This document shows positions 8,320-17,729 of a stretch of DNA of 32,000 bases, in pieces; the first letter of the stretch is position 1; every line of letters begins with the position of its first letter. Origin of the DNA: Delftia acidovorans NBRC 14950. Its GTDB lineage: Bacteria; Pseudomonadota; Gammaproteobacteria; Burkholderiales; Burkholderiaceae_C. The notes under the pieces were generated by a model that was not told the DNA's origin, did no database searches, and worked only from the letters and a program-made list of their open reading frames with translations. The stretch spans positions 30,001 to 62,000 of the forward strand of contig NZ_BCZP01000013.1 in NCBI RefSeq assembly GCF_001598795.1, in the 5' to 3' direction. The position numbers and the translations under genes are program-made.

Positions 8320-8478
8320 TCAGCGGGGCTGATTGGGCTGCTGCTGGCCTGGCTGGTTCTGGCCAGGTTGCTTGTGCTGGGGGTTGTCCTGCTGCTGCTG
8401 TCCCGGTTTTTGCTGGTTCGGGTTCTGCTGCTGCGGGTTGTTTTGCTGCTGCTGTTGCTGGTCGTTTTGCTGAGCCAT
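8320..8478 (-). CDS. Candidate microprotein ORF A (52 aa), Gln/Asn/Pro-rich and predicted disordered
   Basis: ATG 8478 preceded by AAGGAG plus 6 nt. It translates to MAQQNDQQQQQQNNPQQQNPNQQKPGQQQQDNPQHKQPGQNQPGQQQPNQPR (25 of 52 residues are Gln). It is the last 52 codons of the otherwise spurious ORF-track entry 8320..9414. Confidence 0.5.
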   Translation of the reverse strand: MAQQNDQQQQQQNNPQQQNPNQQKPGQQQQDNPQHKQPGQNQPGQQQPNQPR

Positions 8479-8690
8479 GGGTATCTCCTTCACATGGTGG
8501 TCAAAGAGGCGCGTCAAACGAAGCGCCCGACTGCAGCGCAGATATGCACTGCGCTGGTAACCAGTGTGGGACCAGACATGCGGCTCAGCCGTAGGACCGG
8601 CCAGAGCGTGCGCAGCCCCATGTTGCGACACCGCAGGTAGGCCAGCCGCCGGGTGTCCGACGGACATTTCGCACAGGGGCAACGAAGGAC

Positions 8691-8716
8691 CAGGGCAGGT
8701 CAAGACCTGCGCCCTG
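8691..8716 (-). terminator. Imperfect hairpin just downstream of glmS (weak terminator candidate)
   Basis: CAGGGC-AGGT-CAAG-ACCT-(GC bulge)-GCCCTG starts 20 nt after the glmS stop. Only a poor U-tract follows on the minus strand. Confidence 0.3.
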
Positions 8717-8735
8717 CTGCCCCCGGCCCTCTGCC

Positions 8736-10655
<1,920 letters not shown>

Positions 10656-10704
10656 GGACAAGCTCCTTGTTTCGAGATGACGACGGATGCTACGCAGATT
10701 GAAA

Positions 10705-10790
10705 AGAAATTTCTCGCCAAATTTCCTTATCTATTGAACTAATATTTCATAGAAACCAGCACAAGAAATATTATTTCAATTCATAGAATT
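10705..10790. promoter_or_regulatory. AT-rich divergent control region (glmS / Lrp-family gene) with palindromes and direct repeats
   Basis: Three repeat elements are present. There is a 10-bp palindrome AGAAATTTCT (10705-10714), an inverted repeat AATATTTC (10741-10748) / GAAATATT (10765-10772), and a 9-bp direct repeat TTCATAGAA (10746-10754 and 10780-10788). The AT-rich character is typical of Lrp/AsnC operator regions. Confidence 0.4.
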
Positions 10791-10792
10791 CA

Positions 10793-11308
10793 ATGACACA
10801 AAATTCCATAGAACTGGACGCCACCGATCTACGGTTGCTGCAATTGCTGCAGGTCGATGCCAGCCGCAGCAACCAGGCCCTGGCCGCGCTGCTGCAGCTG
10901 TCGCCGCCCACCTGCCTGCGCCGCGTGCGGCGGTTGCAGGAGACCGGGCTGATCGAGCGGCAGGTGGCCATCCTCCAGCCGGAACGCCTGGCCGCCGCCC
11001 TGGGCCACGGGCTGCAGGCCATCGTGGAAGTCTCGCTGGACCGCCAGGACAGTGATTCGCTGGACAGCTTCGAGCGCCGCGCCGTGGCGCTGGACGCCGT
11101 GCAGCAGTGCTGGCGCGTGTCGGCCGGGCCTGATTTCATCCTCGTGGTGGCCGCGCCCGACATGCCGGCCTACCTGGAGTTGAGCCGCGCGCTATTCACG
11201 GGCGACGCCAACGTGCGCAATGTCAAGAGTTTTTTCAGCGTCAAGCGCGCCAAGTTTTCCACCGCCATGCCGCTGCCGTCCACAAATCCCGGAACAGCCG
11301 CCGAATGA
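10793..11308 (+). CDS. Lrp/AsnC-family transcriptional regulator
   Basis: The N-terminal wHTH reads LDATDLRLLQLLQVDASRSNQALAALLQLSPPTCLRRVRRLQETGLI. It is followed by a RAM/AsnC_trans_reg-like domain (LQAIVEVSL...ILVVAAPDMPAYLEL). The gene is divergent from glmS. Confidence 0.9.
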   Translation: MTQNSIELDATDLRLLQLLQVDASRSNQALAALLQLSPPTCLRRVRRLQETGLIERQVAILQPERLAAALGHGLQAIVEVSLDRQDSDSLDSFERRAVALDAVQQCWRVSAGPDFILVVAAPDMPAYLELSRALFTGDANVRNVKSFFSVKRAKFSTAMPLPSTNPGTAAE

Positions 11309-11525
11309 GGCCAGGAGCCTTGATTTTGTGAGTATTTGTGCTCATCAGGAAGCTACGCTGCATCGGGCCCGCGTAGGACAACAGGCCTGCAATGTGTCCC
11401 GAACGCCAACTTTGGGCAACGTTAAACTTTAAGGCGTTGCGCACGCACGGGGACAATGATACAAATTGATGCAACAACACTTTCTGACGCGCTAGGCAAT
11501 CGGCGCGCACTCGGCTCGCACCGCC

Positions 11526-12686
11526 ATGTCCTTGCGCCAGCGCATCCATCGCCGAACCTACCCCTTGCGCGTCTCCAGCATGGCATTGGGCGGCCTCGTC
11601 GTGGGCACGGCCATGACCGAGATGGGCGCCAGCCCGGCGGTCTGGGGCTTTGTGCTGGTGAGCGCCCTGGTCTGGCCGCACATCGCCTTTTTGCACGCCC
11701 GCCACAGCCGTGACAGCCACCGCGCCGAACACGCCAATCTGCAGATAGACGCGCTGATCATCGGCAGCTGGATTCCCGTGATGCATTTCTGCGCATTGCC
11801 CAGCATTGCGCTGCTGGCCATCAGCATTGCCGACCGCAACCACACGGCCACGCGCGACGGCTGGCTGCAATCGCTGGTGGCCACCTTGCTGGCCGCAGCG
11901 CTGGTGGCCCTGCTGCTGCGGCCCGTGCCCGACTGGGAGGCCAGCCTGGCCATGCAGCTGAGCATGTTGCCCCTGCTCCTGCTGCACAGCGTGTTCTCCA
12001 GCTGGTCCACGCGCCAGCTGGTGCGCAAGCTGGCGCGCCAGAACGTGAAGCTGCAGGTGCTCAGCCGCATCGACCCGCTGACCACGCTGTACAGCCGGGA
12101 CTACTGGTGGCAAAAGGCCCGCGCCGCGCTGCGCGACTACCGGCAGACGCAGGCCTCGGCCTGCCTGCTGATCGTGGACATAGACCACTTCAAGCGCATC
12201 AACGACAGCTTTGGCCACACCGTGGGCGACGAGGTGCTGCAGGCCATAGGCCTGACCATCCGGCACTGCCTGCGCTCGCACGACGCGGCGGGCCGCTATG
12301 GCGGCGACGAATTCGCCGTGCTGTGCATGCACACCCAGCTGGACGACGCCTATGCGGTGGCGCTGCGCATACGCAACCAGTTGAGCCAGCTGCGCGTGCG
12401 CGAGCATCCCCAGCTGCGCGTGAGCGCCAGCATTGGCGTGGCGGCGGCTGACCCGAGCTTTCTGTCGGTCAAGGACTGGATCAATGCGGCCGACAGCGCG
12501 CTCTACAGCGCCAAGGATGCCGGGCGCGACCAGGTGATTCCCGCCGCGCCGCTGATGGCCGGCAGCGCGCCTGCCCGAGCGGGAACAGGCTCGGACACAG
12601 ACCCCGATACAGGCTCCGACACGGGCCCGGACACCAGGGACTCCCGCCCCACGCACCAGCCCGAGCCGGACGACACGCTGATCTGA
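11526..12686 (+). CDS. Membrane diguanylate cyclase, MASE2-like N-terminal domain + GGDEF (AdrA/DgcC-like)
   Basis: The active-site motif is RYGGDEFAV, with an RxxD I-site (RSHD) 5 residues upstream. LLIVDIDHFKRINDSFGHTVGDEVL and the N-terminal VWPHIAF segment closely parallel E. coli AdrA as I remember it. Several hydrophobic spans are present. The C-terminal tail GSDTDPDTGSDTGPDT is an acidic low-complexity repeat. Confidence 0.92.
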   Translation: MSLRQRIHRRTYPLRVSSMALGGLVVGTAMTEMGASPAVWGFVLVSALVWPHIAFLHARHSRDSHRAEHANLQIDALIIGSWIPVMHFCALPSIALLAISIADRNHTATRDGWLQSLVATLLAAALVALLLRPVPDWEASLAMQLSMLPLLLLHSVFSSWSTRQLVRKLARQNVKLQVLSRIDPLTTLYSRDYWWQKARAALRDYRQTQASACLLIVDIDHFKRINDSFGHTVGDEVLQAIGLTIRHCLRSHDAAGRYGGDEFAVLCMHTQLDDAYAVALRIRNQLSQLRVREHPQLRVSASIGVAAADPSFLSVKDWINAADSALYSAKDAGRDQVIPAAPLMAGSAPARAGTGSDTDPDTGSDTGPDTRDSRPTHQPEPDDTLI

Positions 12687-12711
12687 GGGCAGGCGCCAGC
12701 GGCAGGCGGTC

Positions 12712-13572
12712 TCAGAGCCCGCGATCGGCGCGCCGCACTTCGCCGCCGGGCCAGTTCAGGCAAACGCAGCAGCCGCCCGCGGGCGTGGCGCGGATGGTGG
12801 CCTCGCCGCCGTGGCGGCGCATCACGCCGCGCACCAGGGCCAGGCCCGTGCCCAGGCCGGGGAACTCGGATTCGCGGTGCATGCGCTGGAAGATGCCGAA
12901 CAGCGCTCCCGCACGCGAGGGGTCGAACCCCACGCCGTTGTCCGTCACGCTGAGCGTGATGCCGCCGTCGGCATGGCGCTCCACATCGATGGCAATGCGC
13001 GGCTGGTCCACGGGCCGGGTGAACTTGACGGCGTTGTCCAGCAGTGCCTCCAGCACCTGGCGCAGCAGGGCCGCGTCGGCACGCACGGCGGGACTTTGCT
13101 GCGGCAGGCTCCATTGCAGCCGCGCCGCCGCGCCGCAGGCCGCCCAGCGCGGCTGCGCCAGCACCGCCGTGCGCGCCTGCTCCAGCAGCTCCTGCAAGGC
13201 GACGGGCTGCCACTGCATGGGCGTGCGCGCGGCGCGCGACAGGGCCAGCAGGCCGTCGAGCATGCCGCCCATGCGGCGCGCCGACTGGTCCATGGTCTGC
13301 AGGAAGCCGCGCGCCTCCTGCAGCTCCTGCGGCGAAGGCGCAGCCTGCGACAGCAGCTCATCGACCAGGGGGCCGAAGGACAGCACATGGCGCAGCGGCG
13401 CGCGCAGATCGTGCGACACCGCATGCAGCCATTCCTGCTGCGCGGCGCGCAGGGCCTGCAGTTCCTGCTCGCGCTGGGCCAGGCGCTCCAGCGCATCCTG
13501 CAACGTGCGGGGAGGGCCCTGCAGGTCGGCGGCGGGGTCGGGGGGCGGATGGGGGGCGAAAGGTTCCGTCAT
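12712..13572 (-). CDS. Cytoplasmic histidine kinase (HisKA + HATPase_c) without a recognisable sensor or TM domain
   Basis: The H-box is WLHAVSHDLRAPL, the N-box LLDNAVKF, and the G-boxes VTDNGVGF and GLGTGLALV. Only about 45 residues, a coiled-coil-like LERLAQREQELQALRAAQ, precede the H-box. No hydrophobic spans are present, and there is no obvious SD at ATG 13572. Confidence 0.88.
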   Translation of the reverse strand: MTEPFAPHPPPDPAADLQGPPRTLQDALERLAQREQELQALRAAQQEWLHAVSHDLRAPLRHVLSFGPLVDELLSQAAPSPQELQEARGFLQTMDQSARRMGGMLDGLLALSRAARTPMQWQPVALQELLEQARTAVLAQPRWAACGAAARLQWSLPQQSPAVRADAALLRQVLEALLDNAVKFTRPVDQPRIAIDVERHADGGITLSVTDNGVGFDPSRAGALFGIFQRMHRESEFPGLGTGLALVRGVMRRHGGEATIRATPAGGCCVCLNWPGGEVRRADRGL

Positions 13573-13666
13573 GGCATGGACAGGGTCAGGAGATTCGGCA
13601 AATCGGCGTACCCCGTACGGGACCCGCCGGCGATGCGGGCCCTCGAGCCCACGTGTCTCGGAAGTC

Positions 13667-15097
13667 TCAGGACTTGGGCAGTTTGACTGGGCGCTTCCAG
13701 CTGGTGATGCTCACCTGCCTGCCCCGCGATACCGTGAGCACGCCGGGCTCGGTGCTCTTGGTGACCGTGGAGCCGCCGCCCACCGTGCCACCCGCGCCAA
13801 TGGTCACGGGCGCCACCAGCACGCAGTTGCTGCCGATGTGCACGTCGGCCTCGATCACCGTGCGGTGCTTGTTCACGCCGTCGTAGTTGGCCGTGATGGA
13901 GCCGGCGCCGTAGTTGACGCGCTCGCCCACCGTGGCATCGCCCAGGTAGGCCAGGTGGTTGGCCTTGGCACCATCGGCCAGCACGGAGTTCTTGACCTCG
14001 ACGAAGTTGCCGATGTGCACTTCGCGGCCCAGTTGCGCACCGGGGCGCAGGCGCGCAAACGGGCCGACCAGTGCGCCCTCGCCCACGCTGACGCCGGCCT
14101 TCTCGCCATCGACATGCGTGTACGGATGGAGGACGGCGCCCGCCGCAATCGTGGCGTTGGCAATGCTGCAATAGGCGCCGATGCGCGCACCTTCGCCAAT
14201 CTCCACATGGCCGCTGAAGATGCAGCCCACGTCGATCTCCACATCCTGCCCGCAGGCCAGGCGTGCCGCGCGGCCCGTGCGCGGGTCGTCGCGCAGGTCA
14301 AAGCGCGCGGGGTCGGCCAGGCGCACGCCCTGCTCCATCAGCGCACGGGCCTGGGCGCCCTGGTGGGCGCGCTCCAGCTCGGCCAGTTGCAGCGGGCTGT
14401 TGACGCCCGCCACCTGCACCGGGTCGGCAATGCAGTGCGCGACCACGGGCACGCCGTCGGCCACGGCCATGGCGACCACGTCGGTCAGGTAGTACTCGCC
14501 CTGGGCGTTGTCATTGGTCAGGCGGGCCAGCCAGCCGGCCAGGTGGCGGGCCGGCACGGCCATGATGCCGCTGTAGATTTCCTGGATGGCGCGCTGGGCG
14601 TCATTGGCATCCTTTTGCTCGACGATGCGCTGCACCGTGCCGTCTTCGCCGCGCACGATGCGGCCGTAGCCCGTGGGATCGGGCAGGCGCACGGTCAGCA
14701 GCGCCAGCCGCTGGCCATCGGCCGCATCGACCAGGGCGCGCAGCGTGTCGGCCTGCGTCAGCGGCACATCGCCTGAGAGCACGATGACCATGCCGTCGCC
14801 CGCCAGCGCGGGCACGGCCTGCTGCACCGCGTGGCCCGTGCCCAGCTGCGGCTCCTGGCGCACGAACTTCAGCGCCATGGAGCCGCCCTGGCAGGCCGCC
14901 GCCATGGCGGGCTCCACCTGGTCCGCGCCGTGGCCTGTGACCACCACGGCCGAGCGCGCATCCAGCTGCGCCGCCGTGGACAGCACATGGCCCAGCAACG
15001 GGCGCCCCGCCAGGCGCTGCAGGACTTTGGGAAGGCGGCTTTTCATGCGCGTGCCCTTGCCCGCGGCCATGATGACGAGATCCAGAGGTGCTGTCAT
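13667..15097 (-). CDS. glmU: Bifunctional UDP-N-acetylglucosamine diphosphorylase / glucosamine-1-phosphate N-acetyltransferase
   Basis: The nucleotidyltransferase motif LVIMAAGKGTRMKS is present. The C-terminal left-handed beta-helix hexapeptide repeats end ...SRGRQVSITSWKRP. ATG 15097 (MTAPLDLVIM...) is preferred over the TTG 15112 of the ORF track. Confidence 0.96.
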   Translation of the reverse strand: MTAPLDLVIMAAGKGTRMKSRLPKVLQRLAGRPLLGHVLSTAAQLDARSAVVVTGHGADQVEPAMAAACQGGSMALKFVRQEPQLGTGHAVQQAVPALAGDGMVIVLSGDVPLTQADTLRALVDAADGQRLALLTVRLPDPTGYGRIVRGEDGTVQRIVEQKDANDAQRAIQEIYSGIMAVPARHLAGWLARLTNDNAQGEYYLTDVVAMAVADGVPVVAHCIADPVQVAGVNSPLQLAELERAHQGAQARALMEQGVRLADPARFDLRDDPRTGRAARLACGQDVEIDVGCIFSGHVEIGEGARIGAYCSIANATIAAGAVLHPYTHVDGEKAGVSVGEGALVGPFARLRPGAQLGREVHIGNFVEVKNSVLADGAKANHLAYLGDATVGERVNYGAGSITANYDGVNKHRTVIEADVHIGSNCVLVAPVTIGAGGTVGGGSTVTKSTEPGVLTVSRGRQVSITSWKRPVKLPKS

Positions 15098-15201
15098 AGG
15101 TGATTCATCCAAAACGCCAGAACCTGTGCCGGCAACGCCGCCGATTATCTGCCCGCCAAGGGCTGCGGCCGGTCACACGATTGACGTATGCTGGCGGCGC
15201 C

Positions 15202-16176
15202 ATGCCCCATGCCACCACTGCTCCCGTTCCCCTGCTGCGCACACGCGCCATCGGAGCCGGCCATCTGCGTGCCTTCCTGGCCGTGGCCCGGCACCTGAAT
15301 TTCCGCGCGGCAGCCGACGAGCTGTCGCTGACGCAGTCGGCCGTGAGCCGCCAGATCCAGTCGCTGGAGGATGAAGTCGGCGTGCCGCTGTTCCTGCGCC
15401 ACACGCGCGCCGTGGAGCTGACCGGGGCCGGCGCCCAGCTGCTGCGCTCGGTGGCGCCTGCACTGGAGCAGATCGACGCCTCGGTGCGCCAGATCCGCCA
15501 GACCGTGGGCCGCAAGAGCGTGGCCATCACCACCTGGGCCAGCTTTGCCGCCATGTGGCTGATCCCGCGCCTGGAGTCCTTCCAGCGCGCCTGGCCCGAT
15601 ATCGACATCCGCATCGACACCAGCGACACCGTGATGGACCTGGACACCACCGACGTGGACCTGGCCCTGCGCTACGGCCGCGCGGGCGACGGCTGGCCCC
15701 AGGCGCAGCGCCTGTTCGGCGAGCAATTGGCCGTGGTGGCCAGCCCGCGCCTGCTGGCCGGCGGCCCGCCGCTCAGGACGCCGGCCGATGCCGCGCGCTA
15801 CACGCTGATCGAGACCGGCGACGCCCACCGCATGCCCCAGCTGGAATGGCTGGGCTGGCAGCGCTGGTTCGGCGTGCAGGGCTGCGACCAGCTGCAGCCG
15901 CCGCGCTGGCTGTACTTCAACTACGCCCACCAGATCGTGCAGGCCGCACTGGCCGGCCAGGGCCTGGCGATTGCGCGGCTGCCGCTGGTGGCCGATGCGC
16001 TGGCGGCTGGCGACCTGGTCGAGGTGCTGCCCGCACACCGGCTGGAATCGCCGCTGGCCTACTGGCTGATCGTGGGCCCGCGCAGCGCCGCGCGTCCCGA
16101 GGTGGCCGCCTTCTGCCGGTGGCTGCAGGAGCAGGCCGAGGTCACGCGCGAAACCGTCGAATCGCCCCCGGCTTGA
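15202..16176 (+). CDS. LysR-family transcriptional regulator (GcvA-like subgroup)
   Basis: ORF-track entry 15100..16176 is trimmed to ATG 15202. The HTH reads LRAFLAVARHLNFRAAADELSLTQSAVSRQIQSLEDEVGVPLFLR and is followed by a LysR substrate-binding domain. The gene is divergent from glmU. Confidence 0.9.
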   Translation: MPHATTAPVPLLRTRAIGAGHLRAFLAVARHLNFRAAADELSLTQSAVSRQIQSLEDEVGVPLFLRHTRAVELTGAGAQLLRSVAPALEQIDASVRQIRQTVGRKSVAITTWASFAAMWLIPRLESFQRAWPDIDIRIDTSDTVMDLDTTDVDLALRYGRAGDGWPQAQRLFGEQLAVVASPRLLAGGPPLRTPADAARYTLIETGDAHRMPQLEWLGWQRWFGVQGCDQLQPPRWLYFNYAHQIVQAALAGQGLAIARLPLVADALAAGDLVEVLPAHRLESPLAYWLIVGPRSAARPEVAAFCRWLQEQAEVTRETVESPPA

Positions 16177-16217
16177 AAAATGTCCCCCCACGCTCCCCTT
16201 GCTGCGCAAGGTCCGCT

Positions 16218-16243
16218 GCCCCCCGAGGGGGCCGTTTTCATCT
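16218..16243 (+). terminator. Intrinsic terminator of the LysR-family gene
   Basis: GCCCCC-CGA-GGGGGC followed by CGTTTTCATCTT, about 40 nt after the stop. Confidence 0.55.
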
Positions 16244-16260
16244 TGGGGCGGCCCGGCGAT

Positions 16261-16291
16261 GAAAAAAGGACGCGGGCATGCCGGCGTCCTT
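16261..16291 (-). terminator. Intrinsic terminator of tyrS
   Basis: The minus strand reads AAGGACGC-(10-nt loop)-GCGTCCTT followed by TTTTTTC. The 8-bp stem lies about 40 nt after the tyrS stop. Confidence 0.7.
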
Positions 16292-16329
16292 CATTCCTGT
16301 GCAGCCGGGCGCATGGCCCGGCGCGGTCA

Positions 16330-17562
16330 TCAGCCCAGCGTCACGCGCGCAAACTTGCGCTTGCCCACTTGCACCACATAGGTGCCGGCTTCGAGCTTGA
16401 GGCCCCGGTCGCTGATGGCCGTGCCATCCACGCGCACGCCGCCGCCGTCGATCAGGCGGTTGGCCTCGCTGGTCGAAGGCGCCAGGTTGGCCTGCTTGAG
16501 CAAGGCACCGATGCCCAGCGGCGCGCCCGACAGGCTGACCTCGTCGATCTGGTCGGGAATGCCGCCCTTGCTGCGGTTGTTGAAATCCTGCTCGGCCGCA
16601 TCGGCCAGCGCCGCGCTGTGAAAGCGCGCCGTGATTTCCTTGGCCAGCAGCACCTTGGCGTCCTTGGGATTGCGCCCGCCTTCCACCTCGGCCTTGAGCG
16701 CGGCGATCTCGGCCAGGCTCTTGAACGACAGCAGGGTGTACCAGTTCCACATCAGCGTGTCCGAGATGCTCAGCACCTTGGCGAACATGGTGTTGGCGTC
16801 CTCGGTGATGCCGATGTAGTTGTTCTTGGACTTGGACATCTTGTGCTCGCCGTCCAGGCCCACCAGCAGCGGCATGGTGAGCACGCACTGCGTGTCCTGC
16901 CCGTATTCCTGCTGCAGATGGCGGCCCATGAGCAGGTTGAACTTCTGGTCTGTGCCGCCCATCTCCAGGTCGGCGCGCAGCGCCACCGAGTCATAGCCCT
17001 GCAGCAGCGGGTAGAGGAACTCGTGCAGGCTGATGGAGCTGCCGTCGGTGAAGCGCTGGTGGAAGTCGTTGCGCTCCATCATGCGGGCCACCGTGTACTT
17101 GGCCGACAGCTCGATCATGCCGCGCGCGCCCAGCTTGTCGCACCACTCGCTGTTGTAGCGCACCTCGGTGCGGGCGGGGTCCAGCACCTTGGCGGCCTGG
17201 GTGTAGTAGGTCTCGGCGTTGACCTTGATCTGCTCGGCCGTCAGCGGCGGGCGCGTGCTGTTGCGGCCCGAAGGATCGCCGATCAGGGTGGTGAAGTCGC
17301 CGATCAGGAAGATCACCTGGTGGCCCAGGTCCTGCAGCTGGCGCATCTTGTTGAGCACCACGGTGTGGCCCAGATGGATGTCGGGCGCCGTCGGGTCCAG
17401 GCCCAGCTTGATGCGCAGCGGCACGCCGGTGGCCTCGGAACGGGCCAGCTTTTGCACCCAGTCCGCCTGGGGCAGCAGCTCATCCACTCCGCGCAGGGTG
17501 GTTTCAAGCGCTTGGCTTACACCGTCGGTGACCGGGTATGTTGTAACAGCAGATTGATTCAT
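16330..17562 (-). CDS. tyrS: Tyrosine--tRNA ligase (TyrZ/type-2 form)
   Basis: It carries the class-I motif HLGH (DIHLGHTVV) and KMSKS ([14 protein letters not shown]). The C-terminal S4-like domain reads [14 protein letters not shown]. Total length is 410 aa. Confidence 0.96.
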   Translation of the reverse strand: MNQSAVTTYPVTDGVSQALETTLRGVDELLPQADWVQKLARSEATGVPLRIKLGLDPTAPDIHLGHTVVLNKMRQLQDLGHQVIFLIGDFTTLIGDPSGRNSTRPPLTAEQIKVNAETYYTQAAKVLDPARTEVRYNSEWCDKLGARGMIELSAKYTVARMMERNDFHQRFTDGSSISLHEFLYPLLQGYDSVALRADLEMGGTDQKFNLLMGRHLQQEYGQDTQCVLTMPLLVGLDGEHKMSKSKNNYIGITEDANTMFAKVLSISDTLMWNWYTLLSFKSLAEIAALKAEVEGGRNPKDAKVLLAKEITARFHSAALADAAEQDFNNRSKGGIPDQIDEVSLSGAPLGIGALLKQANLAPSTSEANRLIDGGGVRVDGTAISDRGLKLEAGTYVVQVGKRKFARVTLG

Positions 17563-17729
17563 AAGGGTTTTTCGCCAGGCCGCGTAGGACTGCGTCGGTA
17601 TACTCCGGGGATTTTCCCGCTGCGGCGAATTCTAGACGCCCGCCTATCCGCACCGCAGAGCGCGGACTTGTTGCCCGTCTGGAGAGCGTATCCCGCCGCT
17701 GCGATGCTGTCCGGCCCCCACTGGGCCGG

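Noticed and set aside
7993-8640. 215-aa plus-strand ORF with a striking poly-Leu/Val segment (LLLAWLVLARLLVLGVVLLLLSRFLL...)
   Set aside because: The Leu run is simply the reverse complement of the CAG/CAA-rich minus-strand small ORF. The plus-strand ORF has no SD, spans two minus-strand SD/ATG contexts and a minus-strand terminator, and the rest of its translation is shadow-ORF-like.
8479-8667. An in-frame upstream ATG (about 8667) that would extend microprotein ORF A to about 115 aa
   Set aside because: That ATG has no SD. By hand count the extension has clearly lower third-position G+C (roughly 60 percent) than ORF A or neighbouring genes. The strong AAGGAG sits immediately before the internal ATG 8478.
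10656-10792. Possible glmS ribozyme/riboswitch upstream of glmS
   Set aside because: The glmS ribozyme is known mainly from Gram-positive lineages. This leader is short, AT-rich and repeat-laden like a protein-bound promoter, and I see no GC-rich pseudoknotted core. Not supported.
13612-13621. 10-bp perfect palindrome CCCGTACGGG between the kinase start and the glmU stop
   Set aside because: It is too short and GC-rich to be significant in this genome. As RNA it would leave only a 2-nt loop, and no U-tract follows. I noted it only as a weak operator possibility.
17563-17729. T-box or other leader upstream of tyrS
   Set aside because: T-box leaders belong to Firmicutes-type regulation and need about 200+ nt with a specifier loop and a terminator/antiterminator. 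This 167-nt region is shared with a divergent gene, and I saw no terminator.
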